The notes below the pieces were generated by a model. It was not told where the DNA came from. It did no database searches and saw only the letters and a program-made list of their open reading frames with translations. A stretch of DNA of 64,000 nt from Terrimicrobiaceae bacterium (GTDB lineage Bacteria; Verrucomicrobiota; Verrucomicrobiia; Chthoniobacterales; Terrimicrobiaceae), in contig JBGSVZ010000027.1 of assembly GCA_041752695.1 (NCBI GenBank), forward strand, positions 80,119 through 144,118. The letters are read 5' to 3'. Positions within the stretch are counted from its first letter, which is position 1, and every line of letters starts with the position of its first letter. This document shows positions 40,329-49,640 of this stretch, in pieces. Position numbers and translations under genes: made by a program.

Positions 40329-42224
40329 CTAATCATCGAGTAATCCATCTTCACCGACAAGTTTCAGCGGTTCTATATCCAGAAGCAATTCATCTCGCGA
40401 GGGACTGCCCGGACAGCAACGGCAGAAAGTGTCGAGCCAGCGTCCTATCAACTTGAAGTATCTTTGCCTTACCGATTCTGTCGTCGCAGCGACTGCATGA
40501 GCAGCATCGTTGCGCGTCTGTAGCAACGAAAGGGCTGATTGCAATGTTGCCCAATCAGGCTCTGGGCGAGGAGTTTCTCCAGACCCATTCACGTGCAGCC
40601 ATGCGTAAGAAAAATACGCAAATGACTTAAAATTGAAAAATTCCTTGTTGGAAGGAGTGGGTTCCAACCTCGAACTGGTAGTTTCAAGAGAGGCCCACCT
40701 TTCTGAGGCGCAACTCCAGACACCTTCTGAATTGTCTGGGGCGCAGTAGTAGTTCAAATTTAAGGCGACCCCTGCCCAACTTCTGAAAATTTGCTCAGGA
40801 AGGACAACTACTTGATTCAACGCAATCTCAGCGGATCGCGTATTCTCGGCCGCCTTAAACTTTAGCGCGATGAGGAGAGCCGCGAGTCGTGGATCGGCAG
40901 CAGTTTTACGCAGTCCTGAAAGAGCATCCACATAGCGAGAATCGCTTTTGATAGTCGACGCAACAGACTTTGCAATTTTACCAAGCTTTTCCAGGCGGGG
41001 AAGAAGGAATGTTTCGGCATCTGGAATCTCTGCTGTCGTTTGCTGCAGCCAACGGCTTGTAGTTGCAATCTCCCGCTCTAAAATATGCCAATCAGGCGAA
41101 TAGTCTGCGGCATCACTTCGGCTGCCGTATAGAGTGCTCATAATGCGTGCATGGCAGAGAAGGAGACGCAGGTGGGGGCGTAAATGATCTTCGCGAAATT
41201 CTCGCAATAGATTTTGGATTTCGGAGAAATATCCATTGCGATAAAGGTGACGCGACCGGCTCCAGAGGTCATTCCAACGATGAACCGATGGGCGCTCGAA
41301 CGTCAAGCGAGATAGCCTCTCTTCTGCAAGGGCACCCAAGGCTCCAACTCGGAGTTGGTTCCCCTCAATCAATGATCGCCTCCAGTCATGACGTTCGAGA
41401 CGATAAATTGCATCGGTGAAGTCAAGGGTCCGATACAGATGACAGAATGCCTCTGAAAAGTGCGTTTCGTTTTGGGCGTCTAGCAGACGTGCCGTCCGTT
41501 CAAGCGCCTGGCAAGCCTCATTGCGCAGACATTCTCTAACCTCTGGGGTGCCATTAGGCGGACGCCCAAGAGTCACCCAACATTTGATCAATCTTGCCGT
41601 TGCTGAGGGAAATCCTCCAACCAATTGCCATATTAGCTTTCCCAGCCACTCTGGAGCGGATTGCCCAGCCACAACTTCGAGAAGTCCATTTAGGCAAAGC
41701 GGCGCTGGCGATTCACGCCGATGTCGATCACCATAATCGCTAACGCAAAATGGAATGTTTTCGGCCTCCCAACGGCGCTTCAATTCGGGATAGAGAAGCG
41801 GAGTGATCGTGACGGTGCGGAGTTGTCTGCTTTGCTCTGCGTTTCGCATAAGCGCGAGAACATCCTCGTCCAATTTACGCGCAATGTAGTGAAACCGCAA
41901 AATTATTTGAAATCCGGGATCGTCCGCGCTAAGACCAGCAAAAAGCGAGGGAAGTTCCTGGGATGAGGCACCGGCATTCAGATTCCATTGTTTTGCCAAA
42001 TCCCGTGCGTATGCTTCCCTTCCGGCGAGTGCATCTGCAAAAACTACAGCGACCCGATGCGATTTACTGTCAGCACTCAGTGTCGAACGGATCGCCTCCG
42101 CGAGTAAACATTCGTCGGCAAAGCCTGGTGGTAGGAGCACGCAGGTGCTGGCGGGAGTCTCCTGGTCTAGCAACCCGCAAACTATCCGGTTCACGAGCAT
42201 CTCTTGATCTGGGAGTCGAATCAT
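40329..42224 (-). CDS. Hypothetical protein: degenerate STAND-like N-terminus with a C-terminal HEPN-like RNxxxH motif
   Basis: LLPPGFADEC (Walker A position, no GK), IILRFH (Walker B position), LVGGFP (GxP); RNDAAH at 40497-40514; ATGA overlap with the upstream gene. Confidence 0.7.
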   Translation of the reverse strand: MIRLPDQEMLVNRIVCGLLDQETPASTCVLLPPGFADECLLAEAIRSTLSADSKSHRVAVVFADALAGREAYARDLAKQWNLNAGASSQELPSLFAGLSADDPGFQIILRFHYIARKLDEDVLALMRNAEQSRQLRTVTITPLLYPELKRRWEAENIPFCVSDYGDRHRRESPAPLCLNGLLEVVAGQSAPEWLGKLIWQLVGGFPSATARLIKCWVTLGRPPNGTPEVRECLRNEACQALERTARLLDAQNETHFSEAFCHLYRTLDFTDAIYRLERHDWRRSLIEGNQLRVGALGALAEERLSRLTFERPSVHRWNDLWSRSRHLYRNGYFSEIQNLLREFREDHLRPHLRLLLCHARIMSTLYGSRSDAADYSPDWHILEREIATTSRWLQQTTAEIPDAETFLLPRLEKLGKIAKSVASTIKSDSRYVDALSGLRKTAADPRLAALLIALKFKAAENTRSAEIALNQVVVLPEQIFRSWAGVALNLNYYCAPDNSEGVWSCASERWASLETTSSRLEPTPSNKEFFNFKSFAYFSYAWLHVNGSGETPRPEPDWATLQSALSLLQTRNDAAHAVAATTESVRQRYFKLIGRWLDTFCRCCPGSPSRDELLLDIEPLKLVGEDGLLDD

Positions 42225-45200
42225 CTTTTTTCTTTTAGCGTCTCCAACGCTTGGTCAACAGCGTCGCGGACGATTAGAGCATCTTCGCGAACTGCGGCGG
42301 CGGTCAGTGGAACGGCGATGCGGACGCGAGCCGAGGTTTTATCGTTCACGATTGCCTTCGCCTTCTCCAGCCGGTCTAGCACTTGTAGCAGTTGGCGGGT
42401 ATCCGCATACCGGAGCAGACCGGAAATTTCCAATAGCTGAGCGATCCGAAATTGACCGTCTCCACTGGTATGTTGAGCTAACGTCGCAAAAAGACCACGT
42501 GCAAGTTGGTACTCTTGTTGGGGTAAAACCTCAAGTGGTTGAAATACACACTCGTAGAACGTCTTTCGTCCGAAACGCTGACCATCACTCGACTCAACAT
42601 GGACCATACGCTCAACGACGCGATCAAGTAGGCTCGGAGTGAGGTAACGCCCGTCAGCAAATTCCGAAGATGCACTACCAAGCAGGGCGAGAAACATGGG
42701 GTGCCCTCCGCATACCTTCGCGGCATATTCGCCGACTCGATCAAAGTCCTCGGGACGACAGATTTGGTGTCGTATGTCGCGTGGCAGAAAGGTGTCGAGA
42801 ATGGCTTCGCGATCTTCAGCCCAATTAAATCGCAGTAGCTCAACTTCAACGATGCTGCCATAAAGAGCGTCCTGGTAATTTTCCTTCAATATTCGTTGCA
42901 GACCCGACCCTGCAAGTACGAGCACGATGCGGTTGCTACGTTGGATTACCTGACGCAACTCCCACATGAAGCTATCTACTTCTTCGCGTCTATTGCCGAG
43001 GACAAGTCTGACGAAACGGTCGAACTCATCGACAAAAATGACGAGTCGCGAGACCGCTCCGTCGGTAAACTCTTCTAACTTTTCAACCAATCTAGTTAGT
43101 GCTGCATGAAGTGAAGTGCGTGCATCCAACTCACGCCCTAGACGACGAAAATCAAGTGGGTGTTGGCTGTAGCGCCCTATGGCGTCAACAAAAAGGCGGT
43201 TGTCGTTGTCACCGCGGTTTCCGAGAGCCGTTAGGAGATGTGCAAAAAACATTTCTGGCAATGATTCTCCAGGTGCAAGATGGAGGCTGCTAACATCGCA
43301 AAATACGCCACATAGGCGACCGCGCTCTGGAGGAAACGATGTAAGCAGCGTTTGAAGAAGTGACGTTTTTCCAATACGTCGCTCGCCAAAAATCATAACG
43401 CTCCGAGCGCGCGGACTGGCATGAAGGTGTCCCTCAATCTCTCGGATTTCACGGCTGCGGCCGAAAAAGCCTTCATTTGTTTTCACAGGGTCGCACGTTG
43501 CGCCTGGCCAATAGATTTCTCGCAGTCCCGGATCAAGTTGTTGGGCCGGCTGCGTCAAGAGCAGTGTCCAAACGCCATTTCGCGTTACCTTTCTGTCGCG
43601 GCTAGTGATAGTCTCAATTGACCACGCAAGACGGCCATCACCATCAGCAGAAAACGACATGTCGGGTGGAAGTTGAACCCGGAATGTTTGTTCACTGAAA
43701 AGCATTTCGTCAAATAGCGCAACGGGTGGTTGTGTGCCGAGTTGAAGATGAAGGTGGCGCGGCGGTTCACTTCGGTCTGGTTGAATGCGAACTTCCAAGA
43801 ACCGTTGGGCGTTGCTGGTTTCGATGACCAACTCCGAATCAAGTAATATTTCCAAAGAAGCAGGTTCCGCACTGTCCAGTGACTGTGCGAGATGTCCAAA
43901 TAGCAGGAGCCATGGTTGGGTATTCGCTACACCAACAGCCTGTGCTCGGAGCGCAGCTTCAAGTTGCAGCGCTGCGGGCTGTGCTTCCGGGTTCATTTCC
44001 GCGGCGACGAAGGCCTCCAGCGTGGCTCGCACAAGTGATTGGACACGCTCAGGCGCTGCGACAACTAATGTTTCGAGGGTTTTAATTTGCCGATTTCGAA
44101 AGAGTAGCCGAAGCAGTGCTGCTCGGTAGTTTTCGTTTCCTCGGAGGCCAGTAAAACAATCCCAAGCGATGGAAGCAAGTCGCGGGGCCGAGACGTCGCA
44201 CCGACGCAATAGACTGGAGAGCCAGTGGTAGTCGCCGTCGGTTGCCGGTAATTCAACTGCAGCGGCGAGAGTGCGACCAAAGTGCTCCGAGAGTGTATCG
44301 CATTTGTGCAATGCTGCCAGCCGGTGTAGGCCACGAAGCATCGCCCGCGGTATGAATTCTTGAGTGTACTTTTGTCCTAGCCAGTGGCTTGTGGCGCGGC
44401 GTGAACATGCTATAGCTATACACGTTTCCAACAGCCAATCTGGAACGGTTGATTTGGGCGCTTGCATTTCAAATAGTGACGCGCCGTAAATCGCGAGCAT
44501 GTCCGTGCGAACGTCTTCCCCTGGCGGCGGAGTGGCACGCAATACGGCTACCGCCAATTTGCGGGCGAGCGGCCAACGAAAAGTCCGCGTTGCGGAGTGT
44601 AAGTCCGCAAAATTTGCCGCCCCGCTGGGAGGTTCAGAGCATATTGATTTCAGTAGCTCATCCCATTTTGGTCCCAGATTTTCAGTGGAGGGAGCTTGCC
44701 TTTCTGGGGCATCAATCCTTGGCGATACTGTCGGCGACGGGAGTAACTGCGTAACTTGGGGCGCAAAATCGAGATGGGGCGTGCTTTCTCCAAGGAACCG
44801 CAATAGAGCAGCGTCACCCCATCCCTCATGGAGTTTTGTGGCAAGCTCAGAAATTCGGTTTAGAGCCGTTTGATCTCCGGTCGGACAAAGGCCCGCACTG
44901 AGCTGCTCTGGCACCCATGCAGCTACGCGACGAGCAATTATTGCGCTCGGGTCGGACTCGCTCAAACGGCCATTCCATTTTCCGCGCAACAATCGCGCGG
45001 TTGTGGCAAGGTCCCCCGCGATAATTTCAGAGGTTTCTGCATCTGGCCACCATGCGGGTCGGTCAAGACGCTGGGAGACTTGGGTCCAAATATCGCGTAC
45101 TGGTTCCGCTGCACGTTCATCTTCGGTCTGCTCCTTAAGTACAGTCAAATGCTGCCGCCGAGCGGATTCCGTACTACGCAGCTTTGCGGTTAATGTCTGC

Positions 45201-47947
45201 AATTCAGCGGCGCTAGCGTGCTCTGATGGGATGATGTTCGCTTCAGCTAGCCATTCGAGCAAAGCTTTCCTCTCTGGATCATTGCGGTGGCGATACTCTG
45301 TGAGACATTCTTGAAGTAGAGCAATGGCTGCTTCGACCTCAAGAAAATCGTCGCTGGCGAGCGCGCGTTCAAATTCGGCTCTATACTCAGCGATGTTCGC
45401 ATCATAGTCGGAAGCTTTGTCTGCCTCTGTCAGCATCTCTGCGTGTCCAGTGCGCACAGCTTCCCTGCGTCGTGTTAGTGCTGTTTCTACCAATGATTCG
45501 AGAGCCTCGTCGCCAATTGCAGCCCGGCGCGCTGCTGCATATTTTCCAGTCTGCAGGTAGATGTCCAATGCGTGGCGCAAAGTTCTCTTTTCAGTAAGCA
45601 AACCTTCACGAAGTCGGTCGGCTAGTAGATTAACTAATGGTACCGCTCCCTCTACTGCTTTCGGCCAGGACAAAATCTGTGTTGGATCGAGAAATGATTC
45701 CGTTAACTCGGCGGAAACAGCAATTGCACCATCAGGTCCCACACGGTCACCAAAATCCGAAGGTAATGTCTCAATTGTTTTAGCGCTCTCGATTATGGTT
45801 AGTATTGCGGCTGCATTCGCGTGGCTCGGCGATTCCCGGCGGAGATTGTTTACGCTACGGGTTAACTCTGGAATTGCGGCAGAACCACTTTTCTCATAAG
45901 TTCGGGCCCATTGAGTGAGATCGTGCTCAAAATCTGCCAAGTATGCACGTGTCCTGTCGTAGTGCCGCGGTTCAGGCTTATCTTTCCGACTGAGTTGCGC
46001 GATGCAGACTTCAACCATCGAGTCAATATCCCCGAAAGCTTTCCATGCTTGCAATGCAATGGGGGCATTTCCGTTTTCGATGTTAACGCGGAGTGGTTCG
46101 AGGTAGAGCGCCTGAGCGTAGATTCGCAACAGATGAAAATTCTTTTTCATGCCTGGAGATTCATCAAGCCATGCAAGAACACGCCGTTGGTGGCTCTCAA
46201 CAGCAATTTCTGCCGCGCGCGCCTCGGTCTCAGCGGTTTCCGCGCGCAGGAGTTCAACAGTCAGACTAGGCAACCGTCCGCGGCGCCAAGCCTCAACAAG
46301 AACTTGAAAGAAATCTGCGGCCACCGGGTCAAGGTTGGCTGTTGTTAAGAGAGGGTCGAGATACTCGAGGAATTCTGCTCGGTCACGCTGCCAAGCCGTC
46401 ACGAAAATCAAAACTGCAATTGCTGACGCTATCTTTGACTCTTGTTTTGCGAGTGCCTGCATCTGGCCGAAAGTCAGCCAGCTCAATGCAGTCGCAGCTC
46501 GAGTCAAATCGATAACTGGTTCGCACTCAAATAGCAGCGGAGCTATGCTTGCTGCCGCGTGAAAAAAATCTTTACGGAGTGCGTGTGCGAGTAGTAATCC
46601 ACCCAAATCTGCGCTTTGGAGACTTGTGCGACGACTTTTGGTGGTCTCTGTATCAAGAGTCGGGTCAAAAATGAATCTTCCGAGATCGCGTACAGTATCT
46701 TCGTCCATTGAGTCAACAATCTGCGATGCACTCACCGGATCGCCGGTTGCTAGCTGGTCAAGGAAGTTACTCGCTCGATTAATTGCTTTACCGATTTCCT
46801 CGATTTCGGCAGCTAGCGCAGATGTCCGTTCCTCCAAACTTACTGCAATAGTATCGAGGGGCGTAGCGCCTCCAGTCAGCCACCGTTCAATGGGGTATCC
46901 TAGCCGTTCACGCATCGCTTCAAACTGACCGTAGGCACGTTGAACACGCAGTAGAGTCTCGTGTAATGTCGTCAGGCGAGCTTGTTCAGTGACTACGGTT
47001 GCCTCATCTTGAATCTCTCCTAAGTATTCGAATTCGAGCGGCTTATTAAGGATTGGGAGTTGTGCGACATCCGTGGCGGCCGCCCGTACAGCTAGAGCGG
47101 TTTCATCAAGCCGTGCGATGTGGGTCGTCTCGTCGTCGATCAACTGACGCAAGAGCTGGAGCCAGTCTCGCCAGCGCTGGATCGGCCCGTTGTGTAAGAT
47201 TTCTGCTTGTTGCGCCAAACAAATAAAGTCGTCGCCAGTTGTGGCGGGAGGCCGAGAGGTATTGAGAAATACCGCGGTTTCAGCGGTGTTTTCGCACACA
47301 GCTTCAGAATCAATGTTTTGGAATTCCATCTCACCTTGGTCTTCAGTTTGATTCGAACTGTTTGTTGGAATATTAGTATCGACACGGTCGGAAATCAATT
47401 CACCCGACATTCCATTTTCACCGTCCACCAACCACTCCATTGCAAGTGGTTCTTGTTCGGTAACTATATCGACAAGACGGGGAATCAGCGAATTGTCAGA
47501 CATCGCAAAGCCACAAGCAAGGAGAGCTAGCACTGGAACGTCGGCCGCGTCGAGAGGGTATGCTTGGAGCCAAGATTCAAACCGTTCGAAATCGAGTTGC
47601 CAAAAGTCGCCTTTCTTTTCTCCGAAGGCGAGCTCCTCAGGGAATAGGAAAGCATACTCAGTGGCAATATGATCAAGAAGAACGGTGCCGAGCGAAGGGC
47701 TTCCGCGCAGAGCTCTATTGAGTTCCGATCGTCCTTTCGGTGAGCTTAGCACTTGCACACATATTTCGCCGAACTGCTGATTGTCGTCGGTGCGAATTAT
47801 TCTAGTTCCGAATGCCTTCTTAAAAGCACGTTTGATAGTTTTTCGAGCCTCCGATCCGGGGCAGGCTTTGCACCAGACATCGCCTCTGCGCAATACCCGG
47901 CTGAGCCCGGAACTATTTGTCCATGGGAAGGGCAGAGAATCGAACAT
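42221..47947 (-). CDS. Giant (1908 aa) helical protein with a C-terminal STAND-type P-loop NTPase and wHTH
   Basis: FFGRSRE, Walker A GERRIGKT (43364-43387), Walker B LVIFVDEFD, VLAGS, GGHP; lower-GC codon usage. Confidence 0.85.
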   Translation of the reverse strand: MFDSLPFPWTNSSGLSRVLRRGDVWCKACPGSEARKTIKRAFKKAFGTRIIRTDDNQQFGEICVQVLSSPKGRSELNRALRGSPSLGTVLLDHIATEYAFLFPEELAFGEKKGDFWQLDFERFESWLQAYPLDAADVPVLALLACGFAMSDNSLIPRLVDIVTEQEPLAMEWLVDGENGMSGELISDRVDTNIPTNSSNQTEDQGEMEFQNIDSEAVCENTAETAVFLNTSRPPATTGDDFICLAQQAEILHNGPIQRWRDWLQLLRQLIDDETTHIARLDETALAVRAAATDVAQLPILNKPLEFEYLGEIQDEATVVTEQARLTTLHETLLRVQRAYGQFEAMRERLGYPIERWLTGGATPLDTIAVSLEERTSALAAEIEEIGKAINRASNFLDQLATGDPVSASQIVDSMDEDTVRDLGRFIFDPTLDTETTKSRRTSLQSADLGGLLLAHALRKDFFHAAASIAPLLFECEPVIDLTRAATALSWLTFGQMQALAKQESKIASAIAVLIFVTAWQRDRAEFLEYLDPLLTTANLDPVAADFFQVLVEAWRRGRLPSLTVELLRAETAETEARAAEIAVESHQRRVLAWLDESPGMKKNFHLLRIYAQALYLEPLRVNIENGNAPIALQAWKAFGDIDSMVEVCIAQLSRKDKPEPRHYDRTRAYLADFEHDLTQWARTYEKSGSAAIPELTRSVNNLRRESPSHANAAAILTIIESAKTIETLPSDFGDRVGPDGAIAVSAELTESFLDPTQILSWPKAVEGAVPLVNLLADRLREGLLTEKRTLRHALDIYLQTGKYAAARRAAIGDEALESLVETALTRRREAVRTGHAEMLTEADKASDYDANIAEYRAEFERALASDDFLEVEAAIALLQECLTEYRHRNDPERKALLEWLAEANIIPSEHASAAELQTLTAKLRSTESARRQHLTVLKEQTEDERAAEPVRDIWTQVSQRLDRPAWWPDAETSEIIAGDLATTARLLRGKWNGRLSESDPSAIIARRVAAWVPEQLSAGLCPTGDQTALNRISELATKLHEGWGDAALLRFLGESTPHLDFAPQVTQLLPSPTVSPRIDAPERQAPSTENLGPKWDELLKSICSEPPSGAANFADLHSATRTFRWPLARKLAVAVLRATPPPGEDVRTDMLAIYGASLFEMQAPKSTVPDWLLETCIAIACSRRATSHWLGQKYTQEFIPRAMLRGLHRLAALHKCDTLSEHFGRTLAAAVELPATDGDYHWLSSLLRRCDVSAPRLASIAWDCFTGLRGNENYRAALLRLLFRNRQIKTLETLVVAAPERVQSLVRATLEAFVAAEMNPEAQPAALQLEAALRAQAVGVANTQPWLLLFGHLAQSLDSAEPASLEILLDSELVIETSNAQRFLEVRIQPDRSEPPRHLHLQLGTQPPVALFDEMLFSEQTFRVQLPPDMSFSADGDGRLAWSIETITSRDRKVTRNGVWTLLLTQPAQQLDPGLREIYWPGATCDPVKTNEGFFGRSREIREIEGHLHASPRARSVMIFGERRIGKTSLLQTLLTSFPPERGRLCGVFCDVSSLHLAPGESLPEMFFAHLLTALGNRGDNDNRLFVDAIGRYSQHPLDFRRLGRELDARTSLHAALTRLVEKLEEFTDGAVSRLVIFVDEFDRFVRLVLGNRREEVDSFMWELRQVIQRSNRIVLVLAGSGLQRILKENYQDALYGSIVEVELLRFNWAEDREAILDTFLPRDIRHQICRPEDFDRVGEYAAKVCGGHPMFLALLGSASSEFADGRYLTPSLLDRVVERMVHVESSDGQRFGRKTFYECVFQPLEVLPQQEYQLARGLFATLAQHTSGDGQFRIAQLLEISGLLRYADTRQLLQVLDRLEKAKAIVNDKTSARVRIAVPLTAAAVREDALIVRDAVDQALETLKEKR

Positions 47948-48176
47948 CGTAGTTTTTTGAATTCACTGCCATATTTGGCAGAAGAAGAATGTGTGAGAAG
48001 CCGAAAATCGTCGATTCGGCAATGCGACCAATCCTCATGGGGGATTAGCGGCTGGTGAAGGTAGGAAAATATCGGCATATACTACTGACATTTACCGGGT
48101 TACATGCGTTTCAGGCATCCATGTTTCCCCCGACTCGATGGTTTACGCCTGTGGCTCTTGATGGTAAGTTCCAGAC

Positions 48177-48389
48177 ATGAGCGCGACCAACCTCATCACG
48201 GTGAATCCAGAAGTTCTCGGAGGCACCCCCGTTTTTAAAGGCACACGGGTGCCGGTTAAGCCGCTTTTCGAGTATCTGGAGAACGACTACACTCTTGAGG
48301 ATTTTTTGGAGTGCTTCCCGTCGGTCACGCGAGAGATGGCGTGTAAAGCTCTGGAGAGATCGGAGTTGGCCCCGCCCGCTCCGGCATGA
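48177..48389 (+). CDS. DUF433 family antitoxin (VapB45-like)
   Basis: ITVNPEVLGGTPVFKGTRVPV...FLECFPSV. Confidence 0.9.
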   Translation: MSATNLITVNPEVLGGTPVFKGTRVPVKPLFEYLENDYTLEDFLECFPSVTREMACKALERSELAPPAPA

Positions 48390-48472
48390 GGATTCTGCTC
48401 GACGAATGTGTCCCTTGGCCCATCCGTAAACTGTTTGCTGGTTTTGTGCATCGTTCCTACAGCTACTCCTGA
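48386..48472 (+). pseudogene. Truncated DUF5615/VapC45-like PIN toxin
   Basis: ATGA overlap with DUF433; MRILLDECVPWPIRKLFAG, then a stop after 28 codons inside a palindromic element. Confidence 0.75.
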
Positions 48473-48527
48473 ACCTGCACTTACCCTGATTGAAATGAGT
48501 AGGGGTAGGTTCAGGAGTAGGAGTAGG
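48456..48527. repeat. Palindromic element (21-bp arms, 19/21 match)
   Basis: CCTACAGCTACTCCTGAACCT ... AGGTTCAGGAGTAGGAGTAGG. Confidence 0.65.
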
Positions 48528-48615
48528 TTACCCAAATCAGGCTCAAGGCCGTGAATTTCGGCACCGCCTGATTCGGCATTGAACCCAGCCGCAGCAGCCG
48601 TCAAACTCCCCGGCA

Positions 48616-49587
48616 ATGGATTACCTCTCCCGCGCCCGCAAGGTGGTCGAGATCGAACTCGCGGAAGCGCGGGCCGTGTCGGAACGTCTCGATGGCAACT
48701 TCGAGACGGCGGTTCGTCTGATCCAGGCCTCGGTGGAAAACCGCGGAAAAGTGGTGGTCGTCGGCGTGGGGAAAAGCGGTCATGTCGGGGAAAAAATTGC
48801 CGCCACCCTCACCAGCACAGGCTCGCCCGCCGTGGTGCTGAATTCCCTGAATGCTCTGCACGGGGACCTTGGGGTCGTCAGCGACGGCGATGTGATCCTG
48901 GCCCTGAGTTACAGCGGGGAGACCGACGAACTGATTGCGATCCTTCCGGCGCTGGCGCGGTTTGATGTCAAGATTGTCGCGATGACCGGTGGCACGACTT
49001 CCACCTTGGCTCAGACGGCGGATTGTGTGATCGACACCGGAGTTTCCCAGGAGGCCTGTCCGCTGAACCTCGCGCCCACTTCCAGTACGACGGCGATGCT
49101 GGTGCTGGGGGACGCGCTGGCCATGGTGTTGCTGGAGGCGCGCGGGTTCGAGAAGGAGGATTTTGCGCGGTTCCATCCGGGCGGGCGGCTCGGACGGGCC
49201 TTGTTGCTGAAGGTCCGCCAGATCATGCGCGGCGAGGATCAACTCGCCAAAGTCGAGGCCGCGACGCCCGTGCTCGAGGTGATCAAAATCATGACCACCT
49301 GCCGCGCAGGTGCGGCCGTGGTGGTGAACGCGCAGGGCGCATTGGAAGGCATTTTCACCCACGGGGATTTTGCCCGGTTTTTTCCCGATGTGCCAGATAT
49401 CGGGGGACGTCCGGTGAGCGAATTTATGACTCGTAATCCCATCACCATTTCCGGCGACAAGTTGGCGGCGGAGGTTCTGCACATTCTGCAAACGCATCGC
49501 ATCGACGATCTCGTGGTGGTGGACTCGGTGGGTCGGCCGCTCGGGGTGGTGGACTCGCAGGATCTCTCCCGCCTGAAAATCCTCTAG
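48616..49587 (+). CDS. kdsD: Arabinose-5-phosphate isomerase (KpsF/GutQ, SIS + CBS)
   Basis: GVGKSGH, HGDLG, SYSGET, APTSST, HPGGRLG, CBS pair. Confidence 0.93.
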   Translation: MDYLSRARKVVEIELAEARAVSERLDGNFETAVRLIQASVENRGKVVVVGVGKSGHVGEKIAATLTSTGSPAVVLNSLNALHGDLGVVSDGDVILALSYSGETDELIAILPALARFDVKIVAMTGGTTSTLAQTADCVIDTGVSQEACPLNLAPTSSTTAMLVLGDALAMVLLEARGFEKEDFARFHPGGRLGRALLLKVRQIMRGEDQLAKVEAATPVLEVIKIMTTCRAGAAVVVNAQGALEGIFTHGDFARFFPDVPDIGGRPVSEFMTRNPITISGDKLAAEVLHILQTHRIDDLVVVDSVGRPLGVVDSQDLSRLKIL

Positions 49588-49640
49588 CCCGCGGGCCGCT
49601 CTTGGCCTATCAACCACCTACAACAAAACAACTCTCCCAA

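Larger units (their letters stand above)
40000..48150. mobile_element. Putative horizontally acquired low-GC island; boundaries approximate, no integrase seen
   Basis: Visible drop in GC and loss of GC-rich third codon positions relative to flanking housekeeping genes; TA remnant at the right flank. Confidence 0.6.
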
